64,000 bases of DNA. Source: Paragordius varius. Lineage: Eukaryota; Animalia; Nematomorpha. The notes beneath the pieces are model-generated. The model was not told where the DNA came from. It ran no database searches and saw only the letters and a list, made by a program, of their open reading frames with translations. The DNA is taken from contig OZ176053.1 in assembly GCA_964247055.1 (NCBI GenBank), forward strand, positions 3,906,001-3,970,000. Reading direction: 5' to 3'. Made by a program: the position numbers and the translations under genes. This document shows positions 42,640 to 55,686 of this stretch, in pieces. Numbering within the stretch: position 1 is the stretch's first letter; every line of letters begins with the position of its first letter.

Positions 42640-43320
42640 CGAAATAAAACCTTGTCTATGGCGTCCTTTTAGGTTCAGTTGCAATATCCCTTTTAACCCA
42701 TCGCGTTAGGGCGCCCTCTTAGCTTTGACAATATATTACCAATGTAGTTACCATCTCTTCTTTCTACATGTCCAAACTACTTAAGACGATTCAACATAAT
42801 CTTTTATGTTATCGGTTTGATTTCTGTTACACCTCTAATGTACAAATTTATAACCTTTTGTTTCCAAGCACCGGTCAACAATCTAGGTATACGCATTTCA
42901 GTAATTTCAAAATGCATTTCTTGTTTTCTTAAGTGCCCATATCAGTGAGTTATACATCATTATTGGCTGTACAGCACTTTAAATCTTACCCTTAACTTTT
43001 AGATCAATATTTTTATCGTACAAAACATTTAATATCTTTTTATAATTTGCAGAACTATTTCGAATTCTTATTATATCATGCGTTAAAAAACCATCTCCTG
43101 CTGAAATAAGTCATAAATCTTTGCATTCCTCCTGACCCTATAGTCAACCATCTTCCAATTAATTTTCGTATTCCATCAAGTAATTTATATTTAAGAACTT
43201 GTGCAGAAAAAAATGGTTTTTAACAAATTGCTTATTCGATTTTAGTGCTAGGTCAAAAACCATAGTTAATTTTCTAGAATAATATATAAAGGGAACTAAA
43301 TTATATCTCCAGTGTACAAC
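42640..43320 (-). mobile_element. 5'-truncated, decayed RTE-clade LINE fragment (post-RT C-terminus)
   Basis: Minus strand, with stops: VLYDKNIDLKVKGKI*SAVQPIMMY..WALK; EITEMRIPR..YIRG; RLK*FGHVERRD; RGRP. This matches the RTE/BovB-type consensus (KGKVYKTVVRPAMLYG...RLRWFGHVKRR...RGRP). Boundaries are approximate. Confidence 0.8.
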
Positions 43321-43624
43321 CCCACAAACTTTTAGTAATTTAGGTTTATTTAATAATATATCCTAATGGTTAAACGAATACAAGACGTAAAAAATGATAC
43401 ACATATAAGATAAAACACAATAATTAGTACTGATTTTTTTTATTTCATGAGAGATAAATAAAATTTGCATAACAAACATTATTATTTGGTTAAAATATTA
43501 ATAGTCAGTAATAATTTATTCGTATAAAAATATTCAGTTGATTCAATTAAATAATTCCAAAAAGTAAAATTTACACGCAATTTTGATTGATTAATGTATA
43601 AATAATAATAATAATCTTTAATGA

Positions 43625-46790
<3,166 letters not shown>

Positions 46791-46808
46791 ATCAAGGTGT
46801 ATCAAGAA

Positions 46809-46930
46809 AAGGGTGTAGCAGACCCACGTCGCCACTGTCCACAAAAGACGTCCCTTGCTGCCCTTCCAAACACCAGTCAATGGTGGTTCAGTGACAGCCG
46901 TCTAGTTGCGTCGGGGGTCGGGTTGACTTC
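46809..46930 (+). other. GC-rich double-hairpin island between divergent ETNPPL-like and centrin genes (candidate ncRNA or bidirectional promoter element)
   Basis: 70 of 120 nt are G+C (46811-46930) in a strongly AT-rich background. Two hand-folded hairpins lie at 46809-46865 and 46875-46928. No known RNA family was recognised. Confidence 0.4.
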
Positions 46931-47030
46931 TAGGGATATAATGATAAGTTTTTAAATAATTTTAAAATGTTAAAAAATCGCAGGGTTACCACGCTTTAAA
47001 CACATGTTATAATGCGTTAATTATATTCTT

Positions 47031-47591
47031 ATGTTACCAGAAGAAATCGAATCCGTAACTTCAGTCCTGAAAAAATATGATGCGCATAATAAAAATGTTA
47101 AGAATAAAGATTTGAAGGTATTTTTCAGATTTAATTTTAGTTTATATTAAGATCACTTGGTTTCGAACCTAAATCAGATGAAATCAAAAAAATAATATTG
47201 GAATATGACTCTGATAAAAAAGGTATAAAATAATATCATATAGGCTTTATTTTATATTCCGAATTTATGAAATTCATAAGCAAGAAATTTTCAGAGAAAG
47301 ACACAAAAAATGAGGTCTTTAATGCTTTTTCCCTTTTTGACACTTCTAATAAAGGATACATTAATTTGGATGACTTGAAACGCATTGCTAAGGAGATAAA
47401 TGAGGATGTTAGTGCAGAAGAACTACAAGTATTATTTTCTAAGAATAAATTTTTAAATAATTACGATTAATGTTATTATATACATTTTGTTTAAAATTCA
47501 GCAAATGATTGAGGAAGCTGATAAAAATAATGATCAAAAAGTGGATACCGAAGAATTTGAACGAATCATGCAAAAAACCGGTCTATATTGA
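47031..47591 (+). CDS. CETN2: Centrin (EF-hand calcium-binding protein), 4 exons
   Basis: Exons 47031-47117, 47141-47222, 47244-47428, 47502-47591. Motifs: LRSLGFEPKSDEIKK, KFSEKDTKNEVFNAFSLFD, LKRIAKEINE, LQQMIEEAD, RIMQKTGLY*. The paralogue assignment within CETN1/2 is not certain. Confidence 0.92.
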
Positions 47592-47981
47592 TTTAATTAT
47601 AATAAATTATTTATATCAATATATATTCTTAAATACTGATTATGAAATCTAATGTTATGGACAGTTGCTTAGTGAAATAACAATTTTAATAAACGGTTTT
47701 GATTTAGTCATAAGAAGTCAATTTTCTTTAAACGAATATTGATGTAATTACCTACTTAATACAAAAATCTTCAATTATATTCCGTTTGTGAATGCGCCTT
47801 TGGTTGAGATTTTTTTAATATAGATCTTGTATCCAGTCCCTGTCTATTCCTAAAAGTTGTAAATTATCTCATTAAATCTTTCTGTTGGAGAATTTTTTCA
47901 AGACACCTGGAAACCCAATAAAATATTGGCAAATTGCAGTCACGAATGCCGGATAATCAAACCACTTTTTTCCAGTTAAAC

Positions 47982-48193
47982 CAGTGATATTCATTAAAAA
48001 AAATTTTGAAGGGAAAAAAATATTTTTCTTGTCTCAAGGGCTGTCTATACCATATAATATCCATAAATATTTTTATAGCTGTTTGACAAATTTTCAGATA
48101 TTTATTTATACACAAAATAAGTATATCAAAAAATTTAATTTTATGTTTAGGCCTATAAAAAAGCACCTTTAGGGTCGCGGTTTGGTACCACTG
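47982..48193 (+). mobile_element. hAT MITE family B
   Basis: Ends cagtgatattc...ggtaccactg. TSD agttaaac/aattaaac (7/8). Internal homology to 30318-30512. Confidence 0.85.
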
Positions 48194-48833
48194 AATTAAA
48201 CACTATGTTAAGCCCTATCCATAAAAATAGAATCAAAAAATTCAAGTCCGATGTATTTTGGGTACAATTAAAAGCAATCGTTATTCGAAAAAGCTTTTAA
48301 CTTGATATTTCTAAGATCATATGAATAGTTTTAAACCTAATCACAGTGATACGTGATAGCTAATGTTTTACCACAAAATATCATGTAGAAAACAACTTCT
48401 AACGGCTCACTTTTTCATAATTTAGGAAGTTTTAATACCATAAAATGAAAATTAAAACTTAGGGCATCCTTATCCTTTTTAGAAATACTTTATATATTTA
48501 CAATAATTAATTTATAAAATATTACCGCTTTAATAAAAAATATTACCAAAAAATGCTCTTTAAAAGCTTAAAATATTTAAAGGTATTGTATGAGTTGAGT
48601 TCATACCCATAATGATGGTGTATTTAAACACGCAAAAATGCAATGTCACATCTAATCTTTGTCTTTTTAGGGGCTCTCAATAAAGCGTCCTCAATTAATA
48701 CGATTTTATGTTCGGAAATGTACGTAATATATAACAGTTAATACTTTGTTTAAGGTAAAATGCGATAATTTTTGTAGTATTTAACCGTTACTATTTGAAT
48801 TTTCGTTATACTTATATATCAATTATCAAATAA

Positions 48834-50444
48834 TCTATCTATATATATTTATAAAAATGGAAAATGCTGGCTTTGTGATCTGTTACCGGAAAACCGGTAG
48901 ACCCCTTCAAATCCAAATGTCGAAAAAATATAATCGTTAATGAATGCCCCGACAATAGCTTCGCCCTTTTTTTGAAATAGGCCCCCAGTTCGGGCCCACC
49001 CCGTGTGAAAAATGGTTTTTTTAAAACAGAAGTCCACAATCGTGTCTTTGAGACAATTTTCCGGAAAAAGTGTTGGACCATTCAATTTCAAATATAATTT
49101 TTGTTTACTTATTTTCGATTGCGCCGAACATAGTCGGCTCGCTTTTTTAATTTAGGCCCTCTTTTGCCCGCTCCCCCCGTAAAATGCCATTTTTTTCAAA
49201 AAACAAAGTCCACAAAAATAATTTTTTCAATCTATTTTTCGCCCAAGGTATAAGACCGTAAAAATTCAATAAGGATTCTACGTATTCCCTGTGAAAAGGC
49301 AAAAATTTTAGTCAAGCATTTCTTTGATGATAGCTGCTGAGTAATAGCTACCCGCGAAAAACTGACCCGTCATATCGAAATCGCGTGCTTTTGGGGCTAA
49401 ATTTCAGAAAACCTATCAGGCCATATGAGTTCAATAGCTGCTTAAAGTATTACCCGTAAAGAGTCAAAAATTTTAGTCGAGCGGATTTTTAAATTAGCCG
49501 TTAAATAGGCCCTTTACACCCTAAAAAATGCGCTATCATTGAACTATTATTTAGTTTTTAAGACATTCTTCCATAAACTATTAGGAATGAACGATGATTC
49601 CAGGTGTAAAGGCAATTTTTTTATCTAATTACATTTTTATATTGGCCTCTGGGTAGGGGGCTATCCCTACAACTGCGCCATCATATCGATACAGCATGCC
49701 TCTGGAGCCAAATTTCAGAATATGAGACTATGTCAATCATTTTAAAACTTCGTGCCGCATAACAAAGTTGCTTATAAAATCAAAAATATATTATGCTCAT
49801 TAATTGTCTCTCTCAATATTCAAACGAGACATTCAAATGATCAATCAAACTTTATTAATTTTAAACATAAAATCGTATTAGTTTATTGTTTTATTATTTA
49901 TTTATCTTTAATATGTATAGGATATCAAAAAATATATGGATAATAAAACATTATTTATAGTCATCTATATATTTATAAAAATGAAAAATGCTAGCTTTGT
50001 GATCTGTTTCCGTCGGGCCCACCCCGTGTAAAAACAGGTTTTTTTTGAAAACAGAAGTCCACAAAAATCGTGTATTTGAGACAATTTTCCGGAGAGCGTG
50101 TTGGACCATTATATGATTTTTTTTACTTATATACGATTGCGCCAAACATAGTCGGCTCGCTTTTTTATTTTAGGACCTCTTTTTACCCGGTCCCCCCGTA
50201 AAATGCCATTTTTTTCAAAAGAATTTAGTCCACAAAAATAATTTTTTGAATCTAATTTTCGCCCAAGTAAACAATATATTAGTATGAAGGCCCCGTTTTG
50301 AAATTCCTATGAGATCATAGCTATTAAATAATGTTCCGGAATAAACCACAGATGTGGATCCTTTTATTGTCCCTTTTTTCAAATAGCCCCCCAGAAGTCC
50401 GAAGGTCTTCCTCGGGCTGCGTAGCAGCATGAGATTTACGCTAG
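48834..50444 (+). mobile_element. Non-autonomous Helitron with two 5' ends sharing one 3' end
   Basis: 5' ends A|TCTATCTATATATATTTATAAAAATG (48834) and A|TCTATATATTTATAAAAATG (49964). The 3' end is a GCTGC-gta-GCAGC hairpin (50416-50428), 12 nt, then CTAG|T (50441-50444). Segments 48838-49247 and 49964-50267 are direct copies, the second missing about 100 bp. Confidence 0.8.
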
Positions 50445-50997
50445 TAATTATTATATATTGTACATTTACATTAATTTATCTGCGCAGCGTTTAATATGAT
50501 AAAAATGGGTAAACATATTTCTCTCAATATTTATAAAATCAGAAAAAGTTTTAAGTTAGGTCATGTGTTTTATAAAAATTTATTTCAATTAATACATATT
50601 ATCCAATTAATGGTAATTTTTTGTTGGAATTGTTCCATTTTCTTTATCAATATCCTAATTTTTCGATAGAACGTGGCCGCAAAAACATAAATATATAAAC
50701 CAACAAAATATATTATATGGTACTGTAAATCCATGAAATACTTGACTATTCATATGGACATTTCAAATAGTATTTTATTGAATGATATAAAAAAAATTTG
50801 TATCGGTAGGTTTTAAATTTAAAAATGCTCGTGGGTTCGGTTCTAATCCTTGATCTAATTGGAAAAATTAATTGCTGTCAAAAAATAGATAACTTATATA
50901 TTTTAATGTTTAATGGGTGTTTGTAGACTTTGGAACGTTAAATTAGGACATATATAAAAATATTTTAGAATTCTTATACTAAAATGTAAATAAAATT

Positions 50998-51873
50998 ATG
51001 TATCATATAAATTATATTAATAATCCCTACATACATGGTAAATTAGTGTTGCAATATGCGAAAAACGATTTTCAAACAGCTAAAAAAGTTACAAACCTAT
51101 CTCTCAGAGTTGAGGGAGCAGAATGGTTTGTTCATTGGATAATTGTTTCGTACGCTTCTGGTTACATGAAAAAAATTCTAAACTCCTCCTCAAATAATAA
51201 GGATTGTCTCAAAAAACATGAAACGCTTGAAGATATATATGTCTTACATTTGGATACAATATTTGAAAAGGGGGCTAAATTCGAAAAAGATATATGGTTT
51301 TCAATCATACATTACATGTACACTGATTATATTGATCTAAGACAAGAAAATATAATGGATTTATACCAACTATCAAATTTATTAGAAATGGAGAATTTAC
51401 CCGACTTAATTTTAAGTCATTTCCCAACCTTTATAAATACCGATAATGCGATCGAATATTTGAGCTATAATATTGAAAAAATTGACTCCTTAGCCTTAGA
51501 AGTGATTTCCAAAAACTTATGGGTAGCTCTTGCAAATGACCATTTTAATACATGTCCGTTTGAGTGTGTTGAAAAAATTATTTCATTTTCCCCAAGTCTT
51601 TGCAGCGATTTAGACAAACTTGAAATAATTGTACGATGGTTAGAAAATAATAATTCTAATTCTAATTCCACAAAATTGGCTAATGACCGATTGGAAAAAT
51701 TGTTTTCATACGTAAGGTTTCATCGAATGGATAAAGAAGAATTATATTATGCATATACTATGGCTCAACAATATTTTGAGGCAAATGAAAACATATATTA
51801 TGCATTTTTAAAGGGTGCATGGTATGTTAATTGCAAACTTTTTGACATAGAGGATGTGCCACTTATGAGCTAA
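50998..51873 (+). CDS. Intronless BTB/POZ + BACK domain protein without Kelch repeats, 291 aa
   Basis: Clean ATG-TAA ORF. BTB-like segments: LSLRVEGAEWFVHWIIVSYASGYMKKIL and IIHYMYTDYIDLRQENIMDLYQLSNLLEM. BACK-like segments: INTDNAIEY..ISKNLW..F..CPFECVEKII..IIVRWLE and RLEKLFSYVRF. Confidence 0.85.
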   Translation: MYHINYINNPYIHGKLVLQYAKNDFQTAKKVTNLSLRVEGAEWFVHWIIVSYASGYMKKILNSSSNNKDCLKKHETLEDIYVLHLDTIFEKGAKFEKDIWFSIIHYMYTDYIDLRQENIMDLYQLSNLLEMENLPDLILSHFPTFINTDNAIEYLSYNIEKIDSLALEVISKNLWVALANDHFNTCPFECVEKIISFSPSLCSDLDKLEIIVRWLENNNSNSNSTKLANDRLEKLFSYVRFHRMDKEELYYAYTMAQQYFEANENIYYAFLKGAWYVNCKLFDIEDVPLMS

Positions 51874-51964
51874 TTTTGATGGCATAATGAACATATATTT
51901 ATATTTTCATAAATAAATAATAGAAAAAATAAAAAATGTAAAGTTTGAATATATTTCATAGATA

Positions 51965-52345
51965 CAGTGGCATACCGAGCATTTGCGGCGCCCGGGGCAT
52001 AAAACTTTTATGGCGCATCTCCCCCCCTTTTTTGAAAGCCAATAAAACAATTTAGTAAAAAAATACAAAATTGTAACCTAAACACCATAGATAAGACAGC
52101 ACAGTCATATAAATTTTAAATCTATTAAATATATATATTTATATGATACTAAATTTATTCAATGGTACTAATTAGGTGAATAATAGAGTATATATTATAG
52201 GGATTATTACCTAAATTGCTAAAAAATCTAATTTGAAAGTTCTTATTATTTTTGCATAATTAAAATTTAATTTAAAAAATCATTTAGGCGCCCCTAAATA
52301 ACGGCGCCCGGGGCATGATGCACCGCCCCCATCGTTACGCCCCTG
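51965..52345. mobile_element. hAT MITE, 381 bp, young insertion
   Basis: TIRs cagtggcatac / gttacgcccctg, subterminal gcggcgcccggggcat at both ends, and a perfect 8-bp TSD catagata (51957-51964 / 52346-52353). Confidence 0.92.
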
Positions 52346-52555
52346 CATAGATAAATAAAAAACAAACCTATTATATGGCGGGTTTCATATTTAAACGAAA
52401 TCTGGTCAAAAATAAGCAAAATTTCCCTATACATTGATTGATCTTAAAATTTTTAAAATCCCACATGTATGCAATGATTGTTGACTGTGACAAAAATGAT
52501 TTAAGTGTTTATTAATGCTTTAATTTGATTTATTCACATTTAACCATGATTTTTA

Positions 52556-52849
52556 ATGGAGCCAAATAGTTGGGATTATCAATTTTGGGCCGAAAAGACA
52601 AAGGGTCAAATTGTACGGGCTTTGGCTCAACAATATTTTATTGAGGATTTAAATCGCCAATATAATAATACCCGAACGGCCCCCCGAGATAAGATAGAAT
52701 ACAGAGAATGGGTCATAAAAAAGATACGAGAAATTGAAAGAGGTCAAAAACGAATATACAGATATTTGAATGAACATAGCTCAAAACTTGAGAATATAGA
52801 ACAAAGTAAGCATTTATCACAATTAACAGAATATTCAGTCTACGCATGA
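52556..52849 (+). CDS. Small single-exon ORF of unknown function, 97 aa
   Basis: ATG-TGA ORF with protein-like composition and a charged, probably helical C-terminal half. No family recognised. Confidence 0.5.
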   Translation: MEPNSWDYQFWAEKTKGQIVRALAQQYFIEDLNRQYNNTRTAPRDKIEYREWVIKKIREIERGQKRIYRYLNEHSSKLENIEQSKHLSQLTEYSVYA

Positions 52850-53211
52850 CTGACTAGCTAGCCTTGTTTAATAAAAAAATTTAATTATTGCGAAAAATTG
52901 GCTAAAACAACCGTTTAAAACCCTACTGCTGTAAGTCGAATGTTAAGGATAATTAAGTATTAATTAACCAAATTATTATATTAAGTAGTCGCTTTAAAAA
53001 ATAATAATCAAAAAATAGATGCCAAAGAATATATTTATAAGCATTCAAATTATGACCCCTTTTATAAAGTAAGGAGAAGATTATAAATTTACTCAATAAT
53101 TAAGTCAATATATTTTTAGGGGATAGCCATATTTAATAACTTCTTTTGGTTATCGCTAATAGCTATAATCTGCTTAAACATTAAAACATAAATAGCTATT
53201 ATAAATTATTG

Positions 53212-53510
53212 ACCCTTGAATAAATCAAATTTACCCTAGAACAATTCACCCTTGAACAATTCAAATTCACCCTAAAAAATAAATTATAGTATTTCGGGCT
53301 AGAACTCATCATTAATTATAAATATATTCTTATGGCATAGTTTATTATTTTTTTAGTATTATATTAATTTAAAACGTAATTTCATTCATTAAAAATATAA
53401 AAAATATAGGTAATTTTTATCTTAAAAAACATATAATTTGATTAGGGTGAATTTAAATTGATCGAGGGTGAATTTAAATTGTCCAAGGGTGAATTTGAAC
53501 TGTAATGGTG
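53212..53510. mobile_element. MITE family A, left end eroded
   Basis: Right arm has three 21-bp units agggtgaattt(a/g)aa.tg... ending gaactgtaatggtgTA. Left arm is caaattcaccct repeats. Confidence 0.85.
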
Positions 53511-54004
53511 TATTACAAAAACCTTAGGATCTAGTTATATGATGGCCGTTAATTTTCATATTGAAGACACAGAATATAGAGCTGCATTTTAAAATTTGCC
53601 GTTTGATTTAGGCCTATTTTAGTAAAATGGCACAAATTTATTAAAATGGAATAATGGCGGAAAGATAAAGGTTTTTGACCATTCTTAACTCCGATTATTT
53701 CAGTTCCAATCAAATTTTCACCCAATATACAATAAATTTTCTTTAATGGTTCCTAATTGTTTTTTCATGTAAGGTGAAATTTTATTTAAAATCGGTGAAT
53801 TCGAATGAAATATGGTAATTATTTATCCAAGCCATATTGCTAAAAGTTCGAAATATGTTTCCATATAGCATGGATAGTATCGCTTATCACACCTCTGACT
53901 GCAGCTCTCTCTCTGTTTAAAAAACGATGTATAAAGTAAAAAATAATGGCCACATAATTTAAATTGATGCATATATATATATATATATATATACATATGT
54001 ATGT

Positions 54005-54307
54005 ATGTCTTTGAAATCAATAACTTTTGCATTGAATACAGTTGTTCAACGAATAGAAGAGTACGCTAAATGTGAACGGAAGCCTCCGGTAAAAGCTTTG
54101 GATTATATTGAAAAAATCCAAATTACAGGTCCAATCTTGGATGCAAATCAATTGAAACGTAGTAAGGAAACGTGTGAAATAACAAAAACTTGGAATCTTA
54201 ACAAAGAAAAAAGAAGTGCTTCTAAAATCGCACCACAAGTTACACAACCTACACAGCCATGTTGGGACGATGTTATGAAGGAAATGGCTGAAAAGCAACT
54301 GAAGAAG
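54005..54307 (+). CDS. Probable first exon of an unidentified gene
   Basis: ATG plus 101 codons of non-intron-like composition ending at an AAG|GTA donor. A phase-compatible exon may follow near 54530-54610 (APVKTIQSKGSVYLEDINL...). No family recognised. Confidence 0.45.
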
Positions 54308-55469
54308 GTATTTATTATATATAAATGCATACACATCGTAAATATCTCGACGGTACCTCAGCCAAAAATTCTTTCCAAATTTTTATAAGGTATAAATGAT
54401 AAAATATGTAAATTGACCATTTTTAATGATAGGATTAAGGCTTTTAAAACCGGTGTTTAAATTGTAATTAGAATAGACCTTGTTCCTTTTTAGTATTTTC
54501 AAAACTTTAGAAGGAATGTAAAGTTTTAGGCACCGGTTAAAACAATCCAATCCAAGGGATCAGTCTATTTAGAAGACATAAATTTAAACTTAAAAATTGG
54601 TTTATTTCGGGTTTTTCAGAAGTTAAAAATATAGAATCAAATTTCATATGATTCATACTTGTCCATTGTAAGAAATTTTAGTATGATCTGAACTCACAAA
54701 TTATTTTTGTCTATATTAACCAAATAATTTTTTTAATTAAAAGTTATAGCAGTGGTCTTTTAAAATTTGTGTATTGGTTGTAATAAGAAAAAAAATTAAT
54801 AAATTAAAAAATGAGAGAATACTTGTGTAAGATTCGGTAAAATTTGTATTTCAATTCCGTCGAAAACATATAAAGGCTACCAGTTTTGGAGTCTTTAAAG
54901 TGTGGAACAGGCACAATTATTATTGGTTTGGGACCCAAATCTAAATGGTTCTGGAAAATTTGAAAAGGAAACCGTGGTTATTTATGAGAATAGAATCAGA
55001 ACCAGATTTACCGGTATTCAAGATCAATTTTATTCCTGAATCCGATACCAGATCGAAGCCCCCAAATTATATACTTATAACGTAATTAATGCAGGCATAT
55101 GTAAACATTCTTCTATCAAAATCAAACGTTATATTTTAAACAGATTTTTCTAACACATCCAAAGATGATATTGCATAAGCCATGATCCTTGTTATATGTG
55201 GCACATTTTTAAAACTAATTGTTTAATTATTCTTTTGTCAATTTTCAAACTTAAGATAACGCCCAAAATTAGAATTTACTTTTCGCCCCAGTCAAATTAA
55301 ATTCTAAAAAAATTCGCATTATACATAAACCATAAAAATATATAAATATTTATGCAATAATCTTTAATAATGTATTATTAGTTTATTTAATCAATTGCAT
55401 ATATATATATTTATAAAATGATATCACAGATGAATGAGGCAATGGATAAATAATTTGATGGACTTATCA

Positions 55470-55640
55470 CTAATTATTTAATTGCATGGCAGCTTTGCGT
55501 TTAATCCAACCATGATATTTCTCAAGAGCTGATTTTACCATCAATGTCATGTGATCCAATATCTTTATTAATTAATTATAAATTTTATTATATTTTACAA
55601 ATATATATTTTTCAAACATCTGCGTATAAAACAAAAGTTT

Positions 55641-55686
<46 letters not shown>

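Noticed and set aside
46845-46885. SRP RNA helix-8-like GUUU-GGAA-GGGC-AGCA on the minus strand of the GC island
   Set aside because: The SRP54-binding symmetric loop does not match well, there is no helix 6 or Alu domain, the space is too small, and folding favours the plus strand.
48838-50267. LTR pair interpretation of the direct repeat
   Set aside because: No TG...CA ends, PBS, PPT or TSD. The TC start and hairpin-CTAG end indicate a Helitron.
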